The notes under the pieces: generated by a model
Told to the model about the DNA's origin: nothing
Databases searched by the model: none
The model's input: the letters and a program-made list of their open reading frames with translations, nothing else
Part shown: positions 37,523-45,881 of the stretch, one piece after another
Numbering within the stretch: position 1 is the first letter of the stretch
How the letters are laid out: each line of letters begins with the position of its first letter
Translations under genes and position numbers: made by a program
Origin: an uncultured virus (IMG/VR IMGVR_UViG_3300042507_002727)
Lineage: Duplodnaviria; Heunggongvirae; Uroviricota; Caudoviricetes
DNA: 64,000 bases
Strand: one strand, 5' to 3'
Virus record (IMG/VR): IMGVR_UViG_3300042507_002727

Positions 37523-39391
37523 ATGGCAACATTAGACGACCTAAAAATAGTCCTAGAATCTATTAACACGAACATCTCTGGTCAGAGCTCCGTGTTGTCA
37601 AACATACTTGTTTTACAGCAAGGTATGTCTGCATCGCAACAAAGGGCATCACAGCTTGGGAGCGCAAATAGAAGCTCTTTAGGTGGAGCTTTATCTGGGA
37701 TTGGCAGTATAGGAACTGGTATAGGCAGCGCAGTATCTAGTGTTGGTAATGTAGCATCGGGGATTGGAAGCGGAATAGGAAGCGCTGCGTCTGGCATCGG
37801 CATGGGTGTTGGGGCAGCTGGTCTTGGTATCGGTGCATTGCTAGCTGGTGGGGGTTATTTTTTACAAGCGCTTGAAGATTTTGATGGTGCAAAAGTAAAA
37901 GAAAACGTATTAGAGCTTTTCTCTATTTCTGAATCCTTCTCGGCTGGAATGTTACAGTTCTTTGCAGAAGGTGGCTTATTTGCAGCTGCAATGACAGGTA
38001 TCGGTATAGGTTTAGCATCGTTCGGAGTTGGTAGTGCAGCGGCCGGATTGGCTGACGCCTTAAATAATTACTTAGGTGTAGATAACTGGGCTCAGAGTGT
38101 AAAAGATAATGTATTAACTCTACTATCAATTTCTGACGCCGCTGGAGGCAATATAGATTTTCTTCTTACAGGCGGAACGTTTGGTTTGGCGATGACTGGG
38201 CTGGCTCTCGGTCTTGCAGCATTCGGCATTGGCAGTGGAATTGCTGGCATTGGCGAAGTGCTTGCGCGGTTCGGCGGTGGAGAAGAGTGGGCGCAAAATA
38301 CCAAGAATAACGTCCTAACATTACTATCTATTTCTGATTCTCTTGGTGGTAAACTAGAATCATTCGGTGAAACCGGTACTTTCCTGGCAGTCATGAGTGG
38401 TATCGCAGCAGGTCTTGCATTGTTTGGGGCAGGTTCGGCTGGCGTAGGTATAGCAGAATTAATAAACAACACAGACTGGGCGCAAAAGATCAAAGACGAC
38501 GTTGGAATATTAATGTCGATAGAAGATTCTCTTGGCGGCACAACTGAAGCATTCGGTGAAACTGGTACGTTCCTAGCAGCCATGACTGGCATAGGAACAG
38601 GTCTTGCAGTCTTTAGTGCAGGTAGTGCGATTTCAGGCCTGTCTGCCTTAATGAATGATGAAGATTGGGCACTTAAGATCAAGAGTGACGTGCTTGCGCT
38701 TCTTTCTATTGGCGACTCACTTCCTGGAGATGATACTTTTATTGGAGAAAGCAGCAAGTTTTTCTTATCGATGGTTGGTATTGGCGCTGGTCTTACAGCA
38801 TTTGCCGCAGGTAACTTTGTAGGAACGATGGCCAACGCGGTCACGGCTGTCCTTTCATTCTTCGGTGTTGATAGCCCATTTGAACAGCTCATGAAATTGG
38901 CGGATAATGCCGATGAGCTTACTCAAGGAGCAGACGCATTAGATAGATTGACCGTATCTCTAGATAAGATCGGCCAACTTCAGTTTGATGGGAAAAAACT
39001 TAGAATAAGAGAGTTTGCTGAAGATCTTAAGGAAGCAGTTCCTATTATAGAAGCCGCGATCATGGGAGAAGAAGGCGGATATATCTTTGGCGCCGCGATC
39101 AAAGGGCTAGCTTCTCCGGATGTTGATTACGATACTGCTATTAAGAATATCGTAATGTTAAGACAAGCTCTCTCGGGTGTTGTCTCAGAAGATACCGTAA
39201 GTGGTATAGCAACTGTGAATGGCGCTGGAGCAGGCGGCGGTGCTCAGCAAGTTAATGTCAATGTAGACAATAGCGATAACAGTGTAACCAGTTCAAGCAT
39301 TAACGGTGGAAGCCCTGCAACAACCGTGAATGTGATTGGGTCTAGCAGATCCGATCTAGACTTTCTATCACGCCCATCCGGCGCGCAATAA
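37523..39391 (+). CDS. Tape-measure / gp29-like protein with hydrophobic Gly-Ala repeats
   Basis: Follows gp26-gp51; about five 65-aa repeats of WAQ-x-K-x-x-V-x-x-LLSI...MTGIG-x-GLA-x-F. Confidence 0.55.
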   Translation: MATLDDLKIVLESINTNISGQSSVLSNILVLQQGMSASQQRASQLGSANRSSLGGALSGIGSIGTGIGSAVSSVGNVASGIGSGIGSAASGIGMGVGAAGLGIGALLAGGGYFLQALEDFDGAKVKENVLELFSISESFSAGMLQFFAEGGLFAAAMTGIGIGLASFGVGSAAAGLADALNNYLGVDNWAQSVKDNVLTLLSISDAAGGNIDFLLTGGTFGLAMTGLALGLAAFGIGSGIAGIGEVLARFGGGEEWAQNTKNNVLTLLSISDSLGGKLESFGETGTFLAVMSGIAAGLALFGAGSAGVGIAELINNTDWAQKIKDDVGILMSIEDSLGGTTEAFGETGTFLAAMTGIGTGLAVFSAGSAISGLSALMNDEDWALKIKSDVLALLSIGDSLPGDDTFIGESSKFFLSMVGIGAGLTAFAAGNFVGTMANAVTAVLSFFGVDSPFEQLMKLADNADELTQGADALDRLTVSLDKIGQLQFDGKKLRIREFAEDLKEAVPIIEAAIMGEEGGYIFGAAIKGLASPDVDYDTAIKNIVMLRQALSGVVSEDTVSGIATVNGAGAGGGAQQVNVNVDNSDNSVTSSSINGGSPATTVNVIGSSRSDLDFLSRPSGAQ

Positions 39392-39416
39392 AAAAGGGAG
39401 CTTTCGCTCCCTTTTT
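39391..39416. terminator. Bidirectional intrinsic terminator
   Basis: AAAAAGGGAGC-TTTC-GCTCCCTTTTT between convergent genes. Confidence 0.9.
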
Positions 39417-39419
39417 CAT

Positions 39420-39866
39420 TCACTCTAAAAGAAGTTCTTTATTACTTGCAATTGGAATTTTCTTTGGTTTCTTTTCCTCAGGTATCACGTTGAGCAATTG
39501 AACTCTGAGCATACCGTTCTCAAGAGATACACTGCTTACTTCAATCGTGTCCGCTAGAGTAAACTTACGAATAAAGCTTCTTGCTGCGATCCCTTTATGA
39601 AGGTAGTTCGTGACTGTTTCGTTTTCGGCGACTTCAGCACGAATAGTAAGAATACTGTTATGCAGTTCTACGTCAAAGTCTTTCTCGTTAAAACCTGCGA
39701 CAGCAAGTTCAATTAGAAATGTATCTTCGCCCGTTTTAATTAAATTGTATGGTGGATAGTTTGATGCATTGGATTTATTAATTTGATCGAACTTATCTAA
39801 GAACGAGTCAAAACCAATGAAGAATGGATCATTTAATAGATCTAGGTTTATTCTACGAGTATTCAT
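39420..39866 (-). CDS. hsp20: Small heat-shock protein Hsp20 (IbpA-like)
   Basis: NYPPYNL...IELAVAGF...YLHKGIAARSF...LENGML...IPEEKKPKKIPI. Confidence 0.95.
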   Translation of the reverse strand: MNTRRINLDLLNDPFFIGFDSFLDKFDQINKSNASNYPPYNLIKTGEDTFLIELAVAGFNEKDFDVELHNSILTIRAEVAENETVTNYLHKGIAARSFIRKFTLADTIEVSSVSLENGMLRVQLLNVIPEEKKPKKIPIASNKELLLE

Positions 39867-39950
39867 ATCTTTCTCCTTATTAAAGCGAGTTGTGTTTAAC
39901 CGTCATCTGACCGGTTTATAAAAGCGGAGACCCGATTGGCATCTCCGCAT
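39867..39950 (-). promoter_or_regulatory. ROSE-like RNA thermometer in the hsp20 5' UTR
   Basis: Two upstream hairpins, then CUCGCUU-UAAU-AAGGAG in which U(U/C)GCU pairs with the Shine-Dalgarno leaving a bulged G. Confidence 0.65.
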
Positions 39951-39951
39951 T

Positions 39952-39959
39952 TATTTATA
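39952..39959 (-). promoter_or_regulatory. T4-type late promoter TATAAATA for hsp20
   Basis: Exact consensus directly upstream of the structured UTR. Confidence 0.75.
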
Positions 39960-40023
39960 TCACATGCATAGGTCTTCATACTTTGTTGTATGAATTCTGT
40001 GCGTGCTCATATCTTTATGAATA

Positions 40024-40629
40024 TTACTTGTGATTAAGTTCATCAGCCATTTCATGATTTCTATCCCTGTGACCTGCTTCATCTTCTCTTACTACGAGAA
40101 CAACGTCACGTAGAGTTGCGTCTTCTGGCAGCTTCCAATAATCAATTGCGATCCTTGGAGCCGGAACGTTCTGTATCTTTCCGCTGTCTATCTCAGAAAG
40201 AAACTCTGTATAGGATCGAACGGCTTCTTCTTCAAAGTAACCAATGATGCGATGTGCAGTCTTTGGAAAAAAGAAATATACGATTGCATAGAAACCAACA
40301 AAGATTGCCTGTGCGATTAAGATGATGATACGCTCAAACATATTTGGTTTTGCGAGTTCAACGAATGTCATAAGATGCATACGTTCGTTATCTGCTTCAT
40401 CTAAAAGTTCTTTAATCCAACCTCGATCGTCTTTCATTGTGCGCAAAGATTTAAGATGCAATCCTGCGCCCGCGACCATTCCTGGTACTGCCGCCACGGT
40501 CTCTAGAACCACAGCTCGATGACCGTATCTCTTTTTAAAGAAGGTATCCGCAATAAAGCGAAGGGCCTTTGTAAAGCCCAACGCGATCCTATCAGAAACA
40601 TCCTTTGGTGCGTGATGTTTCTCTGTCAT
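40024..40629 (-). CDS. aox: Alternative oxidase (ubiquinol oxidase, di-iron)
   Basis: LETVAAVPGMV, EADNERMHL, HRIIGYFEEEAVRSYT, VREDEAGHRD: all iron-binding motifs present. Confidence 0.93.
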   Translation of the reverse strand: MTEKHHAPKDVSDRIALGFTKALRFIADTFFKKRYGHRAVVLETVAAVPGMVAGAGLHLKSLRTMKDDRGWIKELLDEADNERMHLMTFVELAKPNMFERIIILIAQAIFVGFYAIVYFFFPKTAHRIIGYFEEEAVRSYTEFLSEIDSGKIQNVPAPRIAIDYWKLPEDATLRDVVLVVREDEAGHRDRNHEMADELNHK

Positions 40630-40632
40630 ATA

Positions 40633-40854
40633 TTAGTCCTTCTTAGAAACAAAGGTGTACATTTCCTGAGCCTTCTTCATAAGGTCGTCAGTAGAATACA
40701 TTTTTGCGGCTTCTTGATATTCTTCGAAGGTCTTTCTACCTTCTTCCATGGACTTTTGCATGAAATTCAAATTCATATGATAGCTTTGATCCATATAATC
40801 CTTGGCAAGCTGAAGGATCTCTGCGCGGATCTCGAATGGGTTCTTAGTGGTCAT
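40633..40854 (-). CDS. Small hypothetical protein
   Basis: KNPFEIRAEILQLAKD...AQEMYTFV; strong CAGGAG Shine-Dalgarno. Confidence 0.7.
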   Translation of the reverse strand: MTTKNPFEIRAEILQLAKDYMDQSYHMNLNFMQKSMEEGRKTFEEYQEAAKMYSTDDLMKKAQEMYTFVSKKD

Positions 40855-40877
40855 CTTGTTCTCCTGTGTGTTGCGTG

Positions 40878-41387
40878 TTAAGAGATCCCGGTGCTTCCGA
40901 AACCTCCGTTTCTTTCCGTCTTCTGAGACGGTCTCTCTTCTACTTCTTCGATGGTATACACCAAAGTCTTCTCAAGCATTGCCTGCGCAATGCGTTCGCC
41001 ATCCTCGATGATGACTACTGCATCCGATGTATTCTGTAGAATCACATATGTTTCTTCTACATAATCGGAATCTATAATACCGGTTCCATTCGCAAGAACT
41101 AGACTCTTTTTTAGCGACGAACCGGATCTCGGATATATCTTTAGGACGTGACCTTCTGGAATATCAAAGATAAGACCAGTTGGTATTAACATTTTCTGCA
41201 TTGGATACAACTGCACGCATACTTTATTATTGATAACACGCGCATGTGATACAGATTCTTTATTTAGAGCATTGTAGTACGTGATCTTGCTGTTATTATC
41301 AAAACATGCTTTAATATCAAAGCAAGCAGAACCGGTCGTAGAAAACTTTGGTAGTTCTGCTTTTTTATTTAAACGAAACGCCTTCAT
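40878..41387 (-). CDS. dut: Trimeric dUTPase
   Basis: SACFDI, IPTGL, PRSG, GIIDSDY, GERIAQ, RNGGFGSTG. Confidence 0.93.
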   Translation of the reverse strand: MKAFRLNKKAELPKFSTTGSACFDIKACFDNNSKITYYNALNKESVSHARVINNKVCVQLYPMQKMLIPTGLIFDIPEGHVLKIYPRSGSSLKKSLVLANGTGIIDSDYVEETYVILQNTSDAVVIIEDGERIAQAMLEKTLVYTIEEVEERPSQKTERNGGFGSTGIS

Positions 41388-41403
41388 AATATAATTCCTT
41401 AAA

Positions 41404-41808
41404 TTACTTCTTTTTTCCGATATTATACTTTGGTTCTAATATCCATTCATCTTTTTCTTTATGCGATAGTATCTTTATCTGGCTAAGTGGAGCAACCGGA
41501 TCTTCAGACTTGGATGGGTCGACTATCTTAAGTAGATCCCATTCTTCTAGGAGGTTTATTACAGTGTTTCTTCTAGATCTATCTTCGTCAGCAAAAGTAT
41601 TCTCTTTACCGTCAAGTATAAACAGTTCTTTAAAGTGAAGAATCGCATAGCGCCCTTGCTTGTGTAGAATATGGCAGGACTGATATAGTTTCTTTTCTTT
41701 TTTCGAGGATATACCAATACGAGTTAACGTTTCTTTTATCTTAAGAAAGTTATCAGGATTCGGAAGTGTTATCTCTACGCCAACCCCTCGGAATAAGTCT
41801 TTCTCCAT
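41404..41808 (-). CDS. regA: Translational repressor RegA
   Basis: FLKIKETLTRIGI...LYQSCHILHKQGRYAILHFKELF; start moved to ATG at 41808. Confidence 0.95.
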   Translation of the reverse strand: MEKDLFRGVGVEITLPNPDNFLKIKETLTRIGISSKKEKKLYQSCHILHKQGRYAILHFKELFILDGKENTFADEDRSRRNTVINLLEEWDLLKIVDPSKSEDPVAPLSQIKILSHKEKDEWILEPKYNIGKKK

Positions 41809-41866
41809 GATGAGTTCACCTTTATAGTTATTATTATTGCGATGATGCTCATAAAGACCATCCGAG

Positions 41867-41874
41867 TATTTATA
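41867..41874 (-). promoter_or_regulatory. T4-type late promoter TATAAATA upstream of regA
   Basis: Exact consensus overlapping the gp62 stop codon. Confidence 0.6.
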
Positions 41875-42286
41875 ATTTAGCTTCTCCACCTTTGTTGAAT
41901 CTCTTATGAAGCTTAACCAGGTCTTCCTTAGACATAACTTTCAGATACATCTTTGCGACGGTTCTGTTCACCGAGTAGTGTTCCTGAATTGCATCAAGGT
42001 CTGGGTTCTTCTCTTCCTTGAGCCATTTTGAAAAACGATTGCGTGGACGCAGGGCACCGAGATAATACCGGTACTGCGCGTCTTTGAATAGATGATGATT
42101 GATATTCATCGTGTTAGCATGTAGTATACTATCTTCAAAGGCAGCGAATGCTCGGTTTACAATAAACGGAACATACTGCTTCTCAGCTTGTTCTGGATAG
42201 TCTGCCTCACGGATAAGATCCTTCTTATTATGAGATGCAGACTTTACAAAATCAAAAGGAGTCAAATCTTGAGGCATGCGCTTCAT
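41870..42286 (-). CDS. gp62: Clamp loader small subunit gp62
   Basis: PFDFV...YVPFIVNRAF...ANTMN...RFSKW; the start may be the ATG at 42277. Confidence 0.85.
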   Translation of the reverse strand: MKRMPQDLTPFDFVKSASHNKKDLIREADYPEQAEKQYVPFIVNRAFAAFEDSILHANTMNINHHLFKDAQYRYYLGALRPRNRFSKWLKEEKNPDLDAIQEHYSVNRTVAKMYLKVMSKEDLVKLHKRFNKGGEAKL

Positions 42287-42458
42287 CCTTTATATCTGCA
42301 AAATCGTCAAAAGTTTTTGCGCATTCACTGCACATCTTTGCACTGTGAAGTCCTTCTGTAGATGAGTACTGCAGAGTGAACGCGCTGCTTTCTTTCAGAT
42401 CTGTTTTACAAAAGAAACAGACTTTTGGTTTTTTAGAAAAGAAAGAAAGCCAACTCAT
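42252..42458 (-). CDS. Small Cys-x2-Cys protein (putative zinc ribbon)
   Basis: CFFC...CSEC; inserted between gp44 and gp62. Confidence 0.55.
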   Translation of the reverse strand: MSWLSFFSKKPKVCFFCKTDLKESSAFTLQYSSTEGLHSAKMCSECAKTFDDFADIKDEAHASRFDSF

Positions 42459-43408
42459 TTATAGCTGGCCTCGAACATTACCTCCGTCAAGAAGGCAACC
42501 ATATTGACTTCGTGGTCGGCAACGAAGCTAGACTTATACATATAATCAGCAAGAGTAACGATAAACCCTGGAAGACTCTTAAGTTCTACACGGTCTGTTG
42601 CGGCGTCATAGATGGTACGAAACATTTCATTCGCGTCTTGGTCACTGTTATTCGAACACCACTTGCGCATCTCAACGAAGTTCTTTTCTTTCAACATCAA
42701 AAAGAGTTGTTCGATCGACTCCTGCTTGATGTTTGTGAAGATACCCTCATCGATCCTACCTGATGCTGCATAAGATTGAAGTTCGGTAAGTACACGCCGA
42801 AAATCTGGGAAATGCCTTTCGATAATCTTTGCGACGACATCCTTATCGTGTTCTACGTTTTCTGCGTTTAGAATTGCGAGAACACGTTTATAGAACTGAG
42901 CAGCCATCTTTGGACGATCTGACTTCTCAATCGTAAAGTCAACTTCAGAAAGACGAGAACGAAGTGGCTCGATAACACGGTTCTTAAAGTTACACGTAAA
43001 GATAAAGCCACAGTTCTTTGAATATTCTTCGATAAAGTTACGAAGAGCAGGCTGAACGTTAGCTGCATTGAGATAGTCGGCTTCATCAAGGATAACGTAT
43101 TTACGACCACCACTGAATGAAACGGAAGATGCAAAGGTCGAGATCTCGTAACGAAGAGTATCGAGGTTAACATTCAACGAACCGTTCTTTACGATGTAAT
43201 CGCAACCGAGCTCGTTCAGCATTGCTTTCGCAATTGTGGTCTTACCCATACCTGGGCCACCAGTCAGTAGCAGGTTAGGAATGGATTTATCTGCAACGAA
43301 TCTTTTGAAGACATCTTTAGTCTTCTGAGGAAGAATTGTATCCTCAATGACTCTGGGTCGATAACGTTCAACCCAGAGTACTTCTTCAGTATTTGTATCA
43401 AGTGCCAT
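42455..43408 (-). CDS. gp44: Clamp loader large subunit gp44
   Basis: LWVERYRP, GGPGMGKTT, ILDEADYL, PLRSR, FPDFRR. Confidence 0.95.
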   Translation of the reverse strand: MALDTNTEEVLWVERYRPRVIEDTILPQKTKDVFKRFVADKSIPNLLLTGGPGMGKTTIAKAMLNELGCDYIVKNGSLNVNLDTLRYEISTFASSVSFSGGRKYVILDEADYLNAANVQPALRNFIEEYSKNCGFIFTCNFKNRVIEPLRSRLSEVDFTIEKSDRPKMAAQFYKRVLAILNAENVEHDKDVVAKIIERHFPDFRRVLTELQSYAASGRIDEGIFTNIKQESIEQLFLMLKEKNFVEMRKWCSNNSDQDANEMFRTIYDAATDRVELKSLPGFIVTLADYMYKSSFVADHEVNMVAFLTEVMFEASYK

Positions 43409-43443
43409 AATATAATCTCCGGTGTGGTGTGTAAGGTTGGAGC

Positions 43444-43635
43444 TCAGTTTTCAGTTTTTACCGGTTCCTTTGTTTCCTTTGGCTTATTCTGCTCAATGAA
43501 TAGAGCAAACTTATCACGGATAGTACCAACAGTAGTAAGCTCAGAACCTTCGATAGCTCCGCGCTTAACACAGATATCGATAATAGAAAGGACTGTGTAG
43601 ATATCTTGAAGAGAGATGTTAACTTGTTCAGACAT
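43444..43635 (-). CDS. Small hypothetical protein
   Basis: MSEQVNISLQD...IIDICVKRGAIEGSEL; start moved to 43635 with AAGGAG upstream. Confidence 0.65.
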   Translation of the reverse strand: MSEQVNISLQDIYTVLSIIDICVKRGAIEGSELTTVGTIRDKFALFIEQNKPKETKEPVKTEN

Positions 43636-43636
43636 A

Positions 43637-44302
43637 TTACTCTCCTTTCTTGTACGTTGACTTAGAGTCAACACCAACGTAATAGGATACATCAGCACCC
43701 TTGAAGAGCGATACACCCTTTGCGCAGAGAGTCACTTCGTAATCCTGAGGAAGCAACTTAAAGTTGTCAGTCTTAAGGATGAGAGTAAACGTGTCGTTGG
43801 TGGTACCAATCTCTACACCAAATGCGTCTGACGATTTGTTATTACTGTCGATTGCTCGAAGGAAGCACTTGCCATCTTCGCCGACGAATGCGATTTCGCT
43901 AAACTGCAAAACACCAGCAGCCTTGATCACAGACTGAAGATCGGACCATTTCACGCTAACCGAAACGTCGGAAGAAGGAATGGCGATTTCTTTTTCTGGA
44001 GCTGCATGGACCATCGAGATGTCTGCATAGACATATTTCATCTTAAGCTTGCCTTCAGAGATGATGAAATGATTTTCAAGGAATTCCACATCTGGGTCTT
44101 GATAAAGGCTCAGCATCGAAAGAAAACGTGAGAGATCATAGATAACAGCAGTGGTTGGGAACTGATCTTCAATGTTTGCGATGGCGATGAAGTTTTTTTC
44201 CGGAGTAATCGTACGCAAGACCTGGCCAGGCTTCAGTACGATTGATTTGTTGATTGTAGCAAAACTCTTGAGAATTGTAAGAGTGCGGTCAGAAAATTTC
44301 AT
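43637..44302 (-). CDS. gp45: Sliding clamp gp45
   Basis: MKFSDRTLTILKSFATINKSI...IYDLSRFLS. Confidence 0.93.
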   Translation of the reverse strand: MKFSDRTLTILKSFATINKSIVLKPGQVLRTITPEKNFIAIANIEDQFPTTAVIYDLSRFLSMLSLYQDPDVEFLENHFIISEGKLKMKYVYADISMVHAAPEKEIAIPSSDVSVSVKWSDLQSVIKAAGVLQFSEIAFVGEDGKCFLRAIDSNNKSSDAFGVEIGTTNDTFTLILKTDNFKLLPQDYEVTLCAKGVSLFKGADVSYYVGVDSKSTYKKGE

Positions 44303-44335
44303 AGTATAGTCTCCTATTCATTATTAAGTAGTTTA

Positions 44336-44364
44336 TCTATATCACATTTTTTATGATATGTCAA
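44336..44364 (-). promoter_or_regulatory. Sigma70-type promoter upstream of gp45
   Basis: TTGACA-17-TATAGA. Confidence 0.7.
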
Positions 44365-44369
44365 CTGTT

Positions 44370-45248
44370 TCACGGTCTAAATGCTTGTTTCTTCTTTTCT
44401 TTATATGTCTTTTCGTTTGATCTCTTTCCTGCGGTTGGCGTTTCACCGATAGAAGCGATCGCGCCCATCGATCCCTTAAAGATATACGAACCGACGTGCT
44501 GCAGTTCCATCCAAGGACACAGGTGCAACTTAATTCCCACTTCTCTTGCTTTGCGACAGAAGAAGTAATCTTCAGACAGGTACCGCTTTGAAATAGGATC
44601 GATAATGCAATCAAAGAAAGCGGTGATCTCACGCGAACCATCGAAGTTCTTCGTGCGAGCGTGGTCAGGAATATACTTGAGTTCTGGGTATGCGTCTCTG
44701 TATTTTTCCAACACGGCTCGAGGTATAAGCATAAATCCGGTACCAGCCTCGCTCACTTCGATAGGTTGGTCAATACGGAAAGACGTGGTTCCCTTTGCTG
44801 GGTTGAACACGTAGTCGGCTGTATAGAAGTCCAAGTCGAAAGGATTCTCCGCCTTTCCCATCTCTACCGCCTTCTTTACCTTTTCCCAAGCAATCGTTTT
44901 CTTTGGATACGGACCAGTCATGATATCATACTGATCCGGGTGCATGGTCTGAATACCGAGCATCGACAGTACATCATTAGGTCTGAAACCAATATCAGCA
45001 TCGATAAACATAAGATGTGTGCAGTCTGACCTCATGAATTCATCTACTACATAGTTCCTTGCCCTTTGAACTAAGCTTTCATTAAATAGATAATAGAACT
45101 TAAGATCGATGTTGTATTTGGCACAGAGAGATGCTAGGTCGTTCGTAGATTTACAGAACATTCCTGCGCACTGCCCACCATACATCGGCGTTCCAACAAA
45201 GATAGAATATTTTCGTAGGTGTTCTGCTGTAATCTGTAGTTGCATCAT
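44370..45248 (-). CDS. GT-A fold (GT2-like) glycosyltransferase-like protein
   Basis: TPMYGG, ESLVQRARN, THLMFIDADI (DxD), GTGFMLI, YLSEDYFFC. Confidence 0.7.
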   Translation of the reverse strand: MMQLQITAEHLRKYSIFVGTPMYGGQCAGMFCKSTNDLASLCAKYNIDLKFYYLFNESLVQRARNYVVDEFMRSDCTHLMFIDADIGFRPNDVLSMLGIQTMHPDQYDIMTGPYPKKTIAWEKVKKAVEMGKAENPFDLDFYTADYVFNPAKGTTSFRIDQPIEVSEAGTGFMLIPRAVLEKYRDAYPELKYIPDHARTKNFDGSREITAFFDCIIDPISKRYLSEDYFFCRKAREVGIKLHLCPWMELQHVGSYIFKGSMGAIASIGETPTAGKRSNEKTYKEKKKQAFRP

Positions 45249-45257
45249 TTTTACTCC

Positions 45258-45881
45258 TTATGATAGTTCAAGATCGTTCTCTGCGCGATAGATCTGCTGA
45301 AGACGAAGAACGTCAGCGAGAATATCCCAGGAACTATCGTGTTTCTTAAATACTTTATTCCACTTGTCAGAATCAACGAGCGGAGAAAACGAGTTTTCTT
45401 TTGGAAAGTTAAGTTTAGCATCAATAAACGTACGCGTATCACGAACACGCCAATACTTAAGATACTCATCAAGATGCAGAAGCTTTCCTTCGGCTGCAAA
45501 GAGTCGTGATAGGATGATTGGATCGAAAGTATTCGAACGACTCCACCAGTAATCTACCTTTGGAGACTCAATAAGGAATTCGTGAAACTGCTTTACAAAT
45601 TCCTTCACAGTCAGGTCAGATTTCTTTGGAGCAATGTTTGCACGAACTTCAGGACTCTGTTCTTCCCAGAACTGAAGAGTACTCTTATCAATCTCGAAAC
45701 CATAGTTCTTTACCTGATCCGTCACGGATAGTTTAAAACGTTTCGCGTAGGAGATACTCTCGATCGTATAAGGATTTGTTAGAAAACGATCGAAGTCAAA
45801 GACCATGACTGAACAGTCGATAACGGCGCACTTTCCTGCGTCCTTACCCATTGTCTCAAAGTCAATAATTAGGTGAGTCAT
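45258..45881 (-). CDS. dexA: DEDDh 3'-5' exonuclease, DexA-like
   Basis: IIDFETMG, WSRSNTFD, YWRVRDTRT, HDSSWDILAD. Confidence 0.8.
   Translation of the reverse strand: MTHLIIDFETMGKDAGKCAVIDCSVMVFDFDRFLTNPYTIESISYAKRFKLSVTDQVKNYGFEIDKSTLQFWEEQSPEVRANIAPKKSDLTVKEFVKQFHEFLIESPKVDYWWSRSNTFDPIILSRLFAAEGKLLHLDEYLKYWRVRDTRTFIDAKLNFPKENSFSPLVDSDKWNKVFKKHDSSWDILADVLRLQQIYRAENDLELS

Noticed and set aside
38092..38892. 266 aa minus-strand ORF
   Set aside because: Antisense shadow of the Gly/Ala-rich gp29-like gene.
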